Numbered from the stretch's first letter, positions 21,476 to 32,545 are shown. The stretch: DNA of 64,000 nucleotides from an uncultured Actinomycetota bacterium (GCA_963718235.1 CAVQYR010000001.1:256001-320000); one strand, 5' to 3'. Notes: generated by a model not told the origin, from the sequence alone. Numbers and translations are program-made.

Positions 21476-23182
21476 TCAGGGCGAGGGGCTCGGTGAGGTC
21501 TTCGTCGGGCTGGGCGTGGGCGTGGGGGTCGGGCTGGGGCTGGGTGCCACCGCCACGCTGATCGTCACGACCGAGCCCAGGCGCAGCTCCGTTCCCTCCT
21601 CGGGACTCTGGGCGACGACCGTGCCAGGCGCCGCACTGGAGTCGACGACGTCCAGTGACTGCACCTCGAAGCCCGCGTTGGTGAGGGTCGCCGTGGCCTG
21701 GGCCTCGGTGTCCCCGACGACGCCGGGTACGGGGACCTCTCCGGTACTCACCACGAGCACCACCGACGAGCCGGCATCGACCTCAGTGCCCTCGGGCGGT
21801 CGGCTGTCGATGACCTGCCCGGCCGGCTGGTCACTGGCCCGCTGCACGAGCCGGCCGAGGACGAGGTCGGCGCCGCGGAGGGCGGCGAGGGCGTCGGACT
21901 GCGACAGGCCCACGAGCGGGGGCACCACGACCTGCTCGGGACCGCTGGAGAGAGTGAGGTCCACAGCGCTGCCCTGCTCGAGCTCGGTGTCCGGAGGCGG
22001 GTTCTGGGCCAGGACGGTGTCCTTCGGCTCCTCCGAGGGCTGCAAGGTGGTGTCGCCGACGATCAGGCCCTTGGCGTCGAGCTCGGTGGTGGCCTCCTCG
22101 ATGGTCTTTCCCCGGAGGTCGGGGACCACGACCTTGTTCTGGTCTGCTCCGAAGAGCGCGAAGGCGGCGAAGCCGAGGAGCGACAGTGCGGCGACGACGG
22201 CGATGCCGAGTGCGACGTACCACCCCGCCCGCCGCCGCGGGGCCGCCGTGCTGGCGAGAGTCGCGGTACCCACCGACGTCAGCTGCTGCGTGGGCTCGTC
22301 GGCGAGCACCGGTGGTGCCGAGACGGGGATGCCGTGCAGCGCCCGGTCGACGTCGGCCCGCATCTCGGCCGCCGTCTGGTACCGGTTCTCCGGGTTCTTG
22401 GCCAACGCCTTCATGACGATGGCGTCGACGGCCGCAGGCACGTCGGGGTCGACTGAGGAGGGAGTCGGTGGCATCTCGCGCACGTGCTGGTAGGCGACGG
22501 CGACGGGCGACTCTCCCTGGAAGGGGGGGCGCCCGATCAGCAGCTCGTACAGCAGGCAGCCCGTGGAGTACACGTCGGAGCGCGCGTCGACCGTCTCACC
22601 GCGGGCCTGCTCGGGGGACAGGTACTGCGCCGTCCCCAGGACGTTGGCCGTCTGGGTCATCGTCCCTGAGGTGTCGGCCACCGCGCGCGCGATCCCGAAG
22701 TCCATGACCTTGATCTGGCCCGGAGGGGTGACCATCACGTTGGCCGGCTTGATGTCGCGGTGCACGATGCCGTGCCGATGGCTGTAGTCGAGGGCGAGCA
22801 GGGTGCCGTCGATGATCTCCAGAGAGCGTTGTACGGTCAGCCGCTGCCCGGAGCGCATGATGTCGCGAAGCGTGCGACCGGGGACGTACTCCATCACGAT
22901 GTACGGGACCCGCGCCCCGTCGAGCAGGTCCTCGCCGGTGTCGTAGACGGCGACGATGGTCGGGGCGTTCAGCGACGCCGCCGACTGGGCCTCACGGCGG
23001 AACCTCGCCTGGAAGGTCGCGTCGCGGGCCAGGTCGGTGCGCAGCATCTTGATCGCGACCTTGCGGTTGAGCCGGGTGTCGAGGGCCTCGTGCACCTCGG
23101 CCATCCCGCCCTTGCCGAGCATCGGGCCGATCTCGTACCGCCCGCCGAGCACCGGACCCGGAGGGTCGTATCGTTCGGTCAC
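21476..23182 (-). CDS. pknB: PASTA-domain Ser/Thr kinase PknB
   Basis: GKGGMAEV, VAIK, HRDIKPAN, DFGIARA, GTAQYLSPEQ, TM helix and three PASTA repeats; GTG 23182 overlaps the pbpA stop. Confidence 0.96.
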   Translation of the reverse strand: MTERYDPPGPVLGGRYEIGPMLGKGGMAEVHEALDTRLNRKVAIKMLRTDLARDATFQARFRREAQSAASLNAPTIVAVYDTGEDLLDGARVPYIVMEYVPGRTLRDIMRSGQRLTVQRSLEIIDGTLLALDYSHRHGIVHRDIKPANVMVTPPGQIKVMDFGIARAVADTSGTMTQTANVLGTAQYLSPEQARGETVDARSDVYSTGCLLYELLIGRPPFQGESPVAVAYQHVREMPPTPSSVDPDVPAAVDAIVMKALAKNPENRYQTAAEMRADVDRALHGIPVSAPPVLADEPTQQLTSVGTATLASTAAPRRRAGWYVALGIAVVAALSLLGFAAFALFGADQNKVVVPDLRGKTIEEATTELDAKGLIVGDTTLQPSEEPKDTVLAQNPPPDTELEQGSAVDLTLSSGPEQVVVPPLVGLSQSDALAALRGADLVLGRLVQRASDQPAGQVIDSRPPEGTEVDAGSSVVLVVSTGEVPVPGVVGDTEAQATATLTNAGFEVQSLDVVDSSAAPGTVVAQSPEEGTELRLGSVVTISVAVAPSPSPTPTPTPSPTKTSPSPSP

Positions 23183-24618
23183 TGCAACACCGCCTCCATG
23201 ACTGCTCGCGCGATGGGCGCCGCCACCGTGCCTCCCGTTGCCTCGTCGCCCTGCTCGCCGCCGTTCTCGACGAGGACGGCGACGGCCACCTCCGGGTCCT
23301 CGGCCGGGGCGAAGGCCATGAACCACACGTGGGGTGGCCGGTCTCCGTCTTGGGCCGTCCCCGTCTTGCCGGCCACGGTCACACCGGGAATCGCGGCATT
23401 GCCGCCGGTTCCGTCGGTCACCACCGCAACCATCATGTCGCTGAGCTCGGCGGCCACCGTGGGCGACACGGCCTCGGAGAAGACTTCTGGCTCGGTGGCC
23501 GACAGCACGGACAGGTCCGGCGCCTGCTCCTGGGCGACGAGGTAAGGCTGCATCACGACTCCCTCGTTGGCCACGCCCGAGGCCACCAGGGCCATCTGCA
23601 GGACCGTGGAGCGCACGTCGAACTGGCCGATCGCTGACTGAGCGGTCTGAGGGGGGTCGAGGTCCTTGGGGAACACGCTCGGGACGACGGGCAGCGGGAT
23701 CGTGAACGCCTGGTTGAACCCGAACGCCTCGGCCTGCTTGCGCAGTGCGTCGTCGCCGAGGTCGAGGCCGATCCCCGCGAACGCGGTGTTGCAGGAGATG
23801 GCCAGGGCCTGCGTCAGCGTGGCGGTGCCCCCGAAGCAGGGCAGGCCGTCGTAGTTGCCGATGACCCTGTCGGTCTGGGGCAGGTCGAGCACGGCGGGTG
23901 CGGGCACCTTGGTCGCGGGGCTGTACCGACCGCTCGACAAGGCGGCCGCGGCCACGACCACCTTGAACAAGGAGCCGGGCGGGTAGGTCTGCTGGATGGG
24001 TCGGTCGAGGAGCGGGTCGGCCGGGTCCGACTCGAGCCGGTCGTAGGTCTTGGACACGACCGACGGGTCGTGGGAGGCCAGCGGGTTCGGGTCGAACGAG
24101 GGCGACGTCGCCAGCGCGAGGACGGCTCCGGTGCGCGGGTTGAGCGCGACGACGGCGCCCTGCTGTCCGGCGAGCCCCTCGAAGGCGGCGCGCTGGGCGT
24201 CGCTGTCCAAGGTGAGGACCACGTTGCCGCCTTGGGGCTGGCGGCCGGTGAACAGGTTGGTCAGCCGGTCGACGAACAGCCGGTCGTCACTGCCGGAGAG
24301 CAGCGCGTTCTCGGTCTTCTCGATTCCGGTGGCGCCGTACAGCGAGTAGTAGCCGGTCGCCGCGGCGAAGACCTCGCCGTCGGTGTACACGCGTTGGTAC
24401 CTCAGCCGTCCGTCGGTGGCCACGCTCTTGGCGACGGCCCGTCGGCCCACGAGGATCGATCCGCGCTGGTGGTCGTACTCCTCGATGACGAGCCGGGTGT
24501 TGGCGTCGCGGTTGCGCAGCTCGTCGTCGCGGAGGACCGCGATCACGTTGACGTTGATGAGCAGGGCCCCGAACATCAGCGCCAGCACCAGCGCGGTGCG
24601 CCGGATCGTGCCGTTCAC
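23179..24618 (-). CDS. pbpA: Class B penicillin-binding protein PbpA
   Basis: SLFK, SCN and KTG motifs; N-terminal anchor; synteny. Confidence 0.95.
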   Translation of the reverse strand: MNGTIRRTALVLALMFGALLINVNVIAVLRDDELRNRDANTRLVIEEYDHQRGSILVGRRAVAKSVATDGRLRYQRVYTDGEVFAAATGYYSLYGATGIEKTENALLSGSDDRLFVDRLTNLFTGRQPQGGNVVLTLDSDAQRAAFEGLAGQQGAVVALNPRTGAVLALATSPSFDPNPLASHDPSVVSKTYDRLESDPADPLLDRPIQQTYPPGSLFKVVVAAAALSSGRYSPATKVPAPAVLDLPQTDRVIGNYDGLPCFGGTATLTQALAISCNTAFAGIGLDLGDDALRKQAEAFGFNQAFTIPLPVVPSVFPKDLDPPQTAQSAIGQFDVRSTVLQMALVASGVANEGVVMQPYLVAQEQAPDLSVLSATEPEVFSEAVSPTVAAELSDMMVAVVTDGTGGNAAIPGVTVAGKTGTAQDGDRPPHVWFMAFAPAEDPEVAVAVLVENGGEQGDEATGGTVAAPIARAVMEAVLQ

Positions 24619-26030
24619 CGAGTGCCCGCCTGGGCCGGACCGGGCTCGTCGGTCGCCGGAGTGACGGGCCGCCGGGCGTTGTCGCTGACCCGCAGGAGCA
24701 GAGCGACCAGTGCCCAGTTGGCGACGAGGGACGACCCCCCGTAGCTGAGGAACGGAGTAGTGAGTCCGGTGAGTGGGATGAGCTTCGTGACGCCACCGAC
24801 GACCACGAACACCTGGATGCCGACCGCGATTGAAAGCCCGGCGGCGAGCAGCTTGCCGAACCCGTCACGGACCGCGACGGCTGTGCGCAGCCCTCGCTCC
24901 ACGATGACGGCGTACAGCACCAGGATCGCCATCAGACCGGTGAGGCCGATCTCCTCGGCGAAGGCAGCGGCGATGAAGTCGGTCTTGGCGAAGGGGACGA
25001 AGTCGGGGTGACCCTGACCGAGGCCTACGCCCAGAATGCCTCCGCTGGCGATGCCGTAGAGGCTCTGCGCGATCTGGTAGCCGGAGTCGGCCTCGTCGGC
25101 GAAGGGGTCGAGCCAGATCCCGACCCGCAGCTGGACGTGGGGGAACAGCTGGTAGGCGATGAACGCCCCCGCCGAGAAGAGCGCGGCTCCGATGAACAAC
25201 CACGAACGACGTTCGGTGGCGATGTAGAGCATGGCCACGAACAGACCGAAGAACAGCAGGGAAGTGCCCAGGTCCCGCTCGAAGACGAGCACACCCAGGC
25301 TGGCCGCCCAGGCGAGCAGGATCGGCCCGAGGTCGCGTCCGCGGGGTAGGTCGATCCCGAGGAACCGGGTGCGGGCCAGCGCCAGCACGTCTCGCTTGCT
25401 CACGAGGTAGCCGGCGAAGAAGACGATCAGCGCGAGCTTGGCCACCTCGGCCGGCTGGAACGACACGTTGCTCGGGCCGATGGGCAGCCGAACCCAGATC
25501 CTGGCGTCGTTGATCTCGATCCCCAGGCCGGGGACTAACGGCAGCACCAGGAGCAGCAGCCCGATGAGGCCGGCTGTGTACGTGTACCTCTGGAGCAGGC
25601 GGTGGTCACGGACCGCGAGCAGGACCAGGACGAACAAGGTGATGCCGAGCGCGGTCCAGCCCAGCTGGGCCACGAAGTCCGGCTCCGGCGTCCCGTTGCC
25701 CGACCCCTCGGCCAGGTCGAGCCGGTGGATCATGACCAGGCCGAGCGCGTTGAGCAGCCCGACCGTGGGCAGCAGCACGGGGTCTGCGTACGGGGCCAGT
25801 CGACGAAGGGCGAGGTGCCCACCGAGCAGCCCCACTCCGAGGACCACGACGAACTGGGTGAACTCGGGGCTGAGCCCGTCGAGCAGCACGAGATCGACCT
25901 GGGCGAAGGCCATCAGCCCGATCGCGTAGGCGAAGACGGTCAGGAGCAGCTCGAGGTTGCGGCGGTTGCGCGGTGGTCGGCGGGTCACGGTCGCCGTCGG
26001 TGCTGCGGTGACGCCGGAGGGAGCGCTCAC
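24615..26030 (-). CDS. rodA: SEDS family peptidoglycan polymerase RodA
   Basis: FQPAEVAK, ERDLG, TDFI...EEIG, IPLTGLTTPFLSYGGSS; GTG 26030. Confidence 0.95.
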   Translation of the reverse strand: MSAPSGVTAAPTATVTRRPPRNRRNLELLLTVFAYAIGLMAFAQVDLVLLDGLSPEFTQFVVVLGVGLLGGHLALRRLAPYADPVLLPTVGLLNALGLVMIHRLDLAEGSGNGTPEPDFVAQLGWTALGITLFVLVLLAVRDHRLLQRYTYTAGLIGLLLLVLPLVPGLGIEINDARIWVRLPIGPSNVSFQPAEVAKLALIVFFAGYLVSKRDVLALARTRFLGIDLPRGRDLGPILLAWAASLGVLVFERDLGTSLLFFGLFVAMLYIATERRSWLFIGAALFSAGAFIAYQLFPHVQLRVGIWLDPFADEADSGYQIAQSLYGIASGGILGVGLGQGHPDFVPFAKTDFIAAAFAEEIGLTGLMAILVLYAVIVERGLRTAVAVRDGFGKLLAAGLSIAVGIQVFVVVGGVTKLIPLTGLTTPFLSYGGSSLVANWALVALLLRVSDNARRPVTPATDEPGPAQAGTR

Positions 26031-27268
26031 GGTGACTCCGGGCAGCCCGAGGGCGGCTTCTCGCTCTGGCAGGCCAGGGCCTCGTCGCGCAGCCGCTGCA
26101 CGATCTCGTCGGCGTCCTGCAGGCTTCGGGCCGGAATGGTGTCCAGCACCTCCTGCTGCTCGAACTCCGGCAGGTCGGCCAGGGCGATGTCGGTGTCGGT
26201 GACCACGCTGGAGACGTCGATCCCGAACAACGCCTCGGCCGGACCGCGGTACACCGCCACGGTGCTGGACGTTCCCGTGTCGTGGGCGCCCACGAAGTAC
26301 TGCTGCTGGGCCCACGTGTACCAGCCGAAGCCGGCCCCCACGGCGATCCCGACCAGGAGCATGCCCAGGGCGACCAGCCAGACGACCCGGCGGCGGATCA
26401 CCGGCTTGCGGACCGGGGCACCGGTCGGCTCGTCGGAGGGCCGCAGCTGGGCGGCGCGCGCGGCGGGGGTGTCGGGAAGGCGCAGTCGGCGGGCGGACTT
26501 GGCCAGGCTGACCGCACCCACGGCGGTGGGTGCGGGTGCTTCGACCGCCTCGTCGACGACCTCCCCCACGACGCACGTGATGTTGTCCGGCCCGCCCGCA
26601 CGCAGGGCCAGGGCGATCAGGGCCGAGGCAGCCTCTTGCGGGTCGGGGGACTCGCGCAGCAGCTCGGCCATGGTGTCCTGCGTCACCACTCCGGACAGGC
26701 CGTCGCTGCAGAGCAGCAGCCGGTCCCCCGCGCGCAGCTCGCGGACCGACAGGTCCGGCTCGACGACGTGCGACCCGTCGAGCACCCGGGTCACGATGTT
26801 GCGCTGCGGATGGTTGCGTGCCTCCTGCTCGGTGAGCCGACCGCTGTCGATCAGGCTCTGGACCAGGGTGTGGTCGTGGGTGATCTGCTGCAGCTCGCCG
26901 TCGCGCATGAGGTAGGCGCGGGAGTCCCCGATGTGCAGCATGGCGAGCCGGCTGCCCGAGCGCAGCATCACGATGAGCGTCGTGCCCATGCCCTGGAGTC
27001 CAGGCTCGGCCTCGACGAGTGCGCTCAGCTGGTCCTGGGCCCGGCTGAGCGCATGCCGCAGGGCGGCCAGGAGATCTCCCTGGAGGTCGTCGTCGTCCAG
27101 TGCGACGAATGCCGCCACCGCGACCGAGCTGGCCACCTCGCCCGCAGCGGCCCCGCCCATGCCGTCGGCGACGGCGAGAAGGTGCGGGCCGGCATACCCG
27201 GAGTCCTCGTTGCCGTCGCGCAGGAGTCCGACGTCGGAGCGCGCGGCGAAGCGCAGGGCCAGGGCCAT
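26027..27268 (-). CDS. pstP: PP2C-family Ser/Thr phosphatase PstP
   Basis: RDGNEDS, VADGMGG, GMGTT, HIGDSR, LCSDGL, GGPDNIT; C-terminal TM. Confidence 0.95.
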   Translation of the reverse strand: MALALRFAARSDVGLLRDGNEDSGYAGPHLLAVADGMGGAAAGEVASSVAVAAFVALDDDDLQGDLLAALRHALSRAQDQLSALVEAEPGLQGMGTTLIVMLRSGSRLAMLHIGDSRAYLMRDGELQQITHDHTLVQSLIDSGRLTEQEARNHPQRNIVTRVLDGSHVVEPDLSVRELRAGDRLLLCSDGLSGVVTQDTMAELLRESPDPQEAASALIALALRAGGPDNITCVVGEVVDEAVEAPAPTAVGAVSLAKSARRLRLPDTPAARAAQLRPSDEPTGAPVRKPVIRRRVVWLVALGMLLVGIAVGAGFGWYTWAQQQYFVGAHDTGTSSTVAVYRGPAEALFGIDVSSVVTDTDIALADLPEFEQQEVLDTIPARSLQDADEIVQRLRDEALACQSEKPPSGCPESP

Positions 27269-27270
27269 GG

Positions 27271-27741
27271 CTACTTCCGCAGCTCGATCACGGTCTTGCC
27301 GATCCGCACGGGGGTGCCGAGCGGGATGACGGTGGGTCCTGTGACGCGGGTGCGGTCCAGGAACGTGCCGTTGGTCGATCCCATGTCCTCGACGACCCAG
27401 GTGCCCTCGCGCGGGGCGATCCGCGCGTGGCGGTTGGAGGCGTAGTCGTCGTCGAGCACCAATGTGCAGTCACCGGACCGGCCCAGGGTCACCGGCTGGT
27501 CGGACAGCGTCAGCTCGGTGCCGGTGAGCGAGCCCTCGACCACGACGAGCGACCGGGCCACCCCACGGCGCTGCTTGGGGGGCTTGGCCGCCTTGGGGGT
27601 CTTCGTACGCGACGCGGGGGCCCGCTGGCTCACCCGCTGCCCGAAGAGGTCGGTGCGCATGACCGCTGCGACCGTGAGCACGAAGGCCCACAGCACCGCG
27701 AGGAATCCCATGCGAATGACCGTGAGGGTGAGCTCGGACAC
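27271..27741 (-). CDS. fhaB: FHA domain protein FhaB/FipA
   Basis: N-terminal TM, GR...DDYASNRHA, DMGSTNGT. Confidence 0.93.
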   Translation of the reverse strand: MSELTLTVIRMGFLAVLWAFVLTVAAVMRTDLFGQRVSQRAPASRTKTPKAAKPPKQRRGVARSLVVVEGSLTGTELTLSDQPVTLGRSGDCTLVLDDDYASNRHARIAPREGTWVVEDMGSTNGTFLDRTRVTGPTVIPLGTPVRIGKTVIELRK

Positions 27742-27745
27742 CCGG

Positions 27746-28417
27746 TCACGCCCCGTACCGGAAGGTGGCCTTTGTGGTACCGAGCACGATCACGCTGCCG
27801 TCGGCGAGCTCGGCCTGGTCGACCCGAGCACCGTCGACCGTCGTCCCGTTGGTCGACCCGAGGTCCTCGATCGTGGGGACCGGCCGCAGGTTGATGGTCG
27901 CGTGCCGGCGCGAAACCCCGGGGTCGTCGATCCGGACGTCGGCCTCGCTGCCGCGGCCGATCAGGCAGCGGTCGCGCAGCAGGGGGTACGGGGTACCGGC
28001 GATCTCGAGCCGCACGTGCGGCAGGAGCGGCTCCTGCGGCTGGGGCCCGGCGACGGCCTCACTGCGGATGCGGAAGACCCCGGTCTCCAGTGCGTCGTCG
28101 CGCACCAGCTCGATGCCGACCGGACCGACGAGTGCGTAGCCCTGCTCGCCGGCATGCTCGCGGACCATCCCGGCCAGCTCGTCGGTGAGCGGCTGCGCGT
28201 AGCCGGCGAGCCGGTCGTGGTCTCGGGCGCCGAGCTCGACGGTGAAGACGTTGGGCACGATCGTGCGTCCGCGCGCGACCAGGGCCGCCTTGTCGTCGCA
28301 CTCCCGCTGCAGCGCGCTGGCGATCTCGATCGGCTGCACCTCGGCCTTGAACGCCCGGGCGAAGGCGCCGTTCACCATCCGGTCGAGGCGTCGCTCGAAC
28401 CGGTCGAGGACACCCAC
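27746..28417 (-). CDS. fhaA: FhaA (DUF3662 + FHA)
   Basis: GVLDRFERRL..VNGAFARAF..VQPIEIA N-terminus; GR..DPGVSRRHA, LGSTNGT; CAGGAGG RBS. Confidence 0.92.
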   Translation of the reverse strand: MGVLDRFERRLDRMVNGAFARAFKAEVQPIEIASALQRECDDKAALVARGRTIVPNVFTVELGARDHDRLAGYAQPLTDELAGMVREHAGEQGYALVGPVGIELVRDDALETGVFRIRSEAVAGPQPQEPLLPHVRLEIAGTPYPLLRDRCLIGRGSEADVRIDDPGVSRRHATINLRPVPTIEDLGSTNGTTVDGARVDQAELADGSVIVLGTTKATFRYGA

Positions 28418-28516
28418 ACCTGCCTCCTGAACGTCGTCGGCCCAGGGCCGTCGACCCTGACCAACGATCGTAACGGTCGGTGCCCACGGTGATAGCCTTT
28501 GCGGGCTCGGAGTCAC

Positions 28517-28600
28517 GCGCGAGTGGCGGAATAGGCAGACGCGCACGGTTCAGGTCCGTGTGCCCGAAAGGGCATGGGGGTTCAACTCCCCCCTCGCGCA
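28517..28600 (+). tRNA. tRNA-Leu (CAG)
   Basis: GCGCGAG/CTCGCGC acceptor, anticodon arm CACGG-TTCAGGT-CCGTG, long variable arm, GGTTCAACTCC. Confidence 0.97.
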
Positions 28601-28604
28601 CCCA

Positions 28605-28642
28605 CGGTAGGCCCCGACCCGCTTCTCGGTCGGGGCCTACCG
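28605..28642 (+). terminator. Hairpin after tRNA-Leu
   Basis: CGGTAGGCCCCGACC-N8-GGTCGGGGCCTACCG 15-bp stem. Confidence 0.75.
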
Positions 28643-28745
28643 CTGATGCACCCGAGGTGGACAGACGGGGCTGCAACGAGTGACCTTCGGCGCTACCGAG
28701 GGTCGACCCGTTCCGCTGCAATGGAGGTGCAGGAGGCGCAGCGCC

Positions 28746-29816
28746 ATGATGTCCGCGACCGGTGCCCGAGGCACGATCCATGAACCGTTCGACCCCGATC
28801 GCCACTTCATCGACACCCAGGATCTGGGCCCGGAGCGGATCAGGGAGCAGTTACGGCTCATCGAGCTGCTCAAGGACGCCGATCGCCGACACGCCTGCCC
28901 CGAGCTGCTGGTCGACGCCAGTCTGGGCATGATCTTCGAGGAGGCATCAACCCGAACCCGGGTCTCCTTCGAGGTCGCGATGACCCGTCTGGGCGGACAC
29001 GCCCTCTACCTGAAGCCAGGCGAGATCCACCTCGGGCAGAAGGAGAACATCTCCGACACCGCGCGGGTGCTGTCGCGCATGGTGGATGCCGTGGAGATCC
29101 GCGCGCTCCACCACGACACCGTGAAGTCGTTCGCGCGCTACGCCACGGTGCCGGTCATCAACGGTCTCACCGACTACAACCACCCGACGCAGGCGCTGTG
29201 CGATGCCTTCACCATGATCGAGCACAAGCAGCCCGATCAGCCTTTCGACGACCTCACCGTGGTCTTCGTGGGCGATGCCACCAACGTGTGCACCTCCACG
29301 GCGATGATCGTCACGATGCTCGGCGGCACGTTCATCCATGCCCGTCCGACGCAGTACTCCATCGAGGTGCAGTGGCCGTCGGTGGTCGACGAGGTCAAAC
29401 GCAACGAGGATCTCTACGGCGGTCGCTATCTGGCGACGGAGGACGTCGAGGACGCCGTGCGCGACGCCGACTTCGTCTACACGGACCTGTGGTGGTGGTT
29501 CGGGCAGGAGGACGAGATCCCCGACCGGGTTGCGGCATTCAAGCCGCGCTACCAGGTCACACCCGAGCTGCTCGCCCGAGCTCCTGAGCACGTGAAGTTC
29601 ATGCACTGTCTACCCGCGTCACGCGGTGTTGAGGCCACTGATGACGTCATGGACGGACCGCACTCGATCATCTACGACCAGTCGGAGAACCGGCTGCACA
29701 CCGAGAAGGGGCTGCTCGCCTGGTACGTCTACCCGCGGTTGGAGCGGGCGACGCCGTCGGTGAGGGCCCTGCACGAAGCCCGCGTCCAGGACTACCTCGC
29801 CGAGGTACGCCTCTGA
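28746..29816 (+). CDS. Putrescine carbamoyltransferase (OTC/ATC superfamily)
   Basis: STRTR, NHPTQ, HCLP; YTDLWWWFG replaces the OTC SMG loop; adjacent to an APC transporter and agmatine deiminase; AGGAGG RBS. Confidence 0.8.
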   Translation: MMSATGARGTIHEPFDPDRHFIDTQDLGPERIREQLRLIELLKDADRRHACPELLVDASLGMIFEEASTRTRVSFEVAMTRLGGHALYLKPGEIHLGQKENISDTARVLSRMVDAVEIRALHHDTVKSFARYATVPVINGLTDYNHPTQALCDAFTMIEHKQPDQPFDDLTVVFVGDATNVCTSTAMIVTMLGGTFIHARPTQYSIEVQWPSVVDEVKRNEDLYGGRYLATEDVEDAVRDADFVYTDLWWWFGQEDEIPDRVAAFKPRYQVTPELLARAPEHVKFMHCLPASRGVEATDDVMDGPHSIIYDQSENRLHTEKGLLAWYVYPRLERATPSVRALHEARVQDYLAEVRL

Positions 29817-29846
29817 CGGATCTGTTCGACCTCGGAGGAGGTCATC

Positions 29847-31424
29847 ATGAGTTCCTCATCAGCCAACACAGCACGCACGAGCTCGGTCGTTGCGGCAGCG
29901 CCACCGGCGAAGCGCGGGGCTCTGCGACGGTTCGACATGATCCTGTTCAGCGTGACGGCGATCATGCTGCTGTCGCAGGTACCGCTCACCGCCAAGGAAG
30001 GGCCCTCGGTCCTCTTCTGGACAGTCGTCATCCTGTTCTTGTTCTTCGTCCCCTACGGCTTGATGACCGCCGAGCTCGGCTCCACCTATCCGGACACCGG
30101 AGGCATCTACGCCTGGGTGAAGCGCGCCTTCGGCGGGTTCTGGGGAACGCAGGTGTCCTGGTGGTACTGGATCAACGTCGGCATCTGGCTTCCCTCCGTG
30201 TACCTGATGTTCGCCCGGCTGCTCGGTCAGACCTTCGACTTGACCTTCGGCTTCTGGGCCACGGTTGCCATCGCGGTCGGGTTGATCTGGCTGAACTTCC
30301 TGATCAACGTCATCACCCTGGACACGAGCAAGTGGGTCACCAACATCGCAGCCATGATCACCGTGGTGATCATGTTCACGGTCGGAATCGCCGGAATCGT
30401 GCACGCGATCCGTTACGGCTCAGCCACCCAGTGGACCTCCGCAGAGATGCTGCCGAGCTGGAGCACGGTGGTCATCCTCGGCGTGATCGTCTACAACTAC
30501 CTCGGCTTCGAGCTGATGAGCAGCGCCAGTGAGGAGATGCGTGACCCGAAACGTGACGTCCCGCGGTCGATCCTGACTTCTGGGGCGATCATCGGCGGGT
30601 TCTACCTGTTCGCCACGATCGGAATGCTGCTGATGCTTCCGGTCGACGGCTTCAACCGGGTGAACGGGATGTTCAAGGCCTTGGAGACCGGAATCGGCGG
30701 CAGTGGGATCGCCGACGGCGTCGTCTTCTTGCTCGCACTCGGTGCGCTCTACTGCTTCTTCGCGGCCCTGGTGCCGTGGACCATCGGAGCCAACCGGTCC
30801 GCCGCCGAAGCCGCCCGTCGTGGCGACCTGCCCCCGATCCTCGGTCGGACGAGCGAACGCTTCCGCACGCCGGTTGCCGCTGCCGTGGTGACCGCTGTGG
30901 TCGGCACCGTGTTCACCGTCGGCTGGGGTTGGATCGTCGCCCTCGGGAGCGGCACGGCCGAGACCCTGTTCTGGAACCTGTTCGCCTTCAGCACCGTGGT
31001 GTTCCTGCTGTCCTACCTGGTCATGGCGGCGTCCTTCCTCAAGCTGCGCTACAGCGACCCGGACGTCGAGCGCCCGTACCGGGTTCCCGGCGGCGTGGTC
31101 GGGGCCTGGGCGACCGCCCTGCTGGTGCTCGCGTTCATTGCCGCTGCCGTGGTGTTCTTTGTCTGGACGCCTGGGGCTGCGATCGACGCCCAGTTCGTGA
31201 CCCAGATGGCCCTCGGTCTTGCGGTCGTGGCGGTCGTGGGGGTCGGGTTCGCCCTGCGTGCGCCCCAGTGGCGGCACCGGATCGAGGCCCCCGTCGAGTT
31301 CGAGCACCCAGAGGCTCGGGCTGACGTGACCCTCGAAGGGCTCGCACCTGAAGATGCTGAGTTCCTGCACAACGACGTGCGCGATCACCAAGACCTTCAC
31401 ACGACGTCCAACGTCTGGCGGTAG
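29847..31424 (+). CDS. APC-family permease, probable agmatine/putrescine antiporter (AguD-like)
   Basis: About 12 TM segments, [18 protein letters not shown]...[20 protein letters not shown]; operon context. Confidence 0.8.
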   Translation: MSSSSANTARTSSVVAAAPPAKRGALRRFDMILFSVTAIMLLSQVPLTAKEGPSVLFWTVVILFLFFVPYGLMTAELGSTYPDTGGIYAWVKRAFGGFWGTQVSWWYWINVGIWLPSVYLMFARLLGQTFDLTFGFWATVAIAVGLIWLNFLINVITLDTSKWVTNIAAMITVVIMFTVGIAGIVHAIRYGSATQWTSAEMLPSWSTVVILGVIVYNYLGFELMSSASEEMRDPKRDVPRSILTSGAIIGGFYLFATIGMLLMLPVDGFNRVNGMFKALETGIGGSGIADGVVFLLALGALYCFFAALVPWTIGANRSAAEAARRGDLPPILGRTSERFRTPVAAAVVTAVVGTVFTVGWGWIVALGSGTAETLFWNLFAFSTVVFLLSYLVMAASFLKLRYSDPDVERPYRVPGGVVGAWATALLVLAFIAAAVVFFVWTPGAAIDAQFVTQMALGLAVVAVVGVGFALRAPQWRHRIEAPVEFEHPEARADVTLEGLAPEDAEFLHNDVRDHQDLHTTSNVWR

Positions 31425-31435
31425 AGGAGCACCCC

Positions 31436-32545
31436 GTGTCCATCCCGCTGACCACGACTCCGCGCGCTGACGGCTACCGGATGCCCGCAGAGTGGGAGAC
31501 CCACCAGGGAACCTGGCTGATCTGGCCCGAGCGCAGCGACAACTGGCGCAATGGTGGCAAGCCGGCGCAAGCAGCGTTTGCCCGGGTCGCGGAGACCATC
31601 GCTGCTGCAGAGCCGGTGACGGTGTGCGTGTCGGCAGGGCAGTACGTCAATGCTCGAGGGCGTCTCTCGGCGTCGATCCGGCTGGTCGAGATGAGCAGCA
31701 ATGACGCCTGGATCCGCGACTGCGGTCCGACCTTCGTGGTCAACGACGCCCACGACGTGCGTGGGGTCGACTGGAAGTTCAACGCGTGGGGCGGCCTGGC
31801 GATGGGCCTGTACTTCCCCTGGGACGCCGACGACCTGGTCGGCGCGAAGGTCATCGATCTCGAGTGCGTGCCGCGCTATGCGCCGGACTTCGTGCTCGAG
31901 GGAGGCTCCGTCGACGTCGACGGTCAGGGCACGGTCCTGACCACTGAGGAGTGCCTCCTGCACGGCAACCGCAACCCTGACCTCGGCAAGGAGGAGGTCG
32001 AGCGGAACCTGCGCGAGTACCTCGGCGTCGAGTCGGTGATCTGGCTGCCCCAGGGGGTCCACCTCGACGAGACCAATGGCCACGTCGACAACTTCTGCCG
32101 TTTCGTTGCTCCCGGTCACGTCATGCTGACCTGGACCGATGACCCAAGGGACCCGCAGAGCCCGATCAGCGAGAGGGCCCTCGAGATCCTGGCCGGGGCG
32201 CGTGACGCGCGAGGACGACCGTTGGAGGTCACCCGGATCCACCAGCCGGGCCCGATCTTGATCAGCGAGTCCGAGGCCGCGGGTGTCGACCAGGTGCCCG
32301 GCGTGCAGCCGCGGCTGACCGGTGACCGGTTGGCCGGGTCGTACGTCAACTCCTACCTGGCCAACGGGCTCGTCGTGCTGCCCGTCTTCGACGACCCGCA
32401 CGACGAGGCGGCGGTCAAGAGCTACGAGCAGCTGTTCCCCGACCGACGGATCGTCACGGTGCCGGGCCGGGAGATCCTGCTCGGTGGCGGCAACGTGCAC
32501 TGCATCACCCAGCAGGAGCCGGCGGGGAGCCGGCGTCGGTCCTGA
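31436..32545 (+). CDS. aguA: Agmatine deiminase
   Basis: [32 protein letters not shown] and catalytic [11 protein letters not shown]. Confidence 0.95.
   Translation: MSIPLTTTPRADGYRMPAEWETHQGTWLIWPERSDNWRNGGKPAQAAFARVAETIAAAEPVTVCVSAGQYVNARGRLSASIRLVEMSSNDAWIRDCGPTFVVNDAHDVRGVDWKFNAWGGLAMGLYFPWDADDLVGAKVIDLECVPRYAPDFVLEGGSVDVDGQGTVLTTEECLLHGNRNPDLGKEEVERNLREYLGVESVIWLPQGVHLDETNGHVDNFCRFVAPGHVMLTWTDDPRDPQSPISERALEILAGARDARGRPLEVTRIHQPGPILISESEAAGVDQVPGVQPRLTGDRLAGSYVNSYLANGLVVLPVFDDPHDEAAVKSYEQLFPDRRIVTVPGREILLGGGNVHCITQQEPAGSRRRS

Noticed and set aside
21476-24618. Absence of pknA between pbpA and pknB
   Set aside because: Known variation among actinobacterial lineages, not novel
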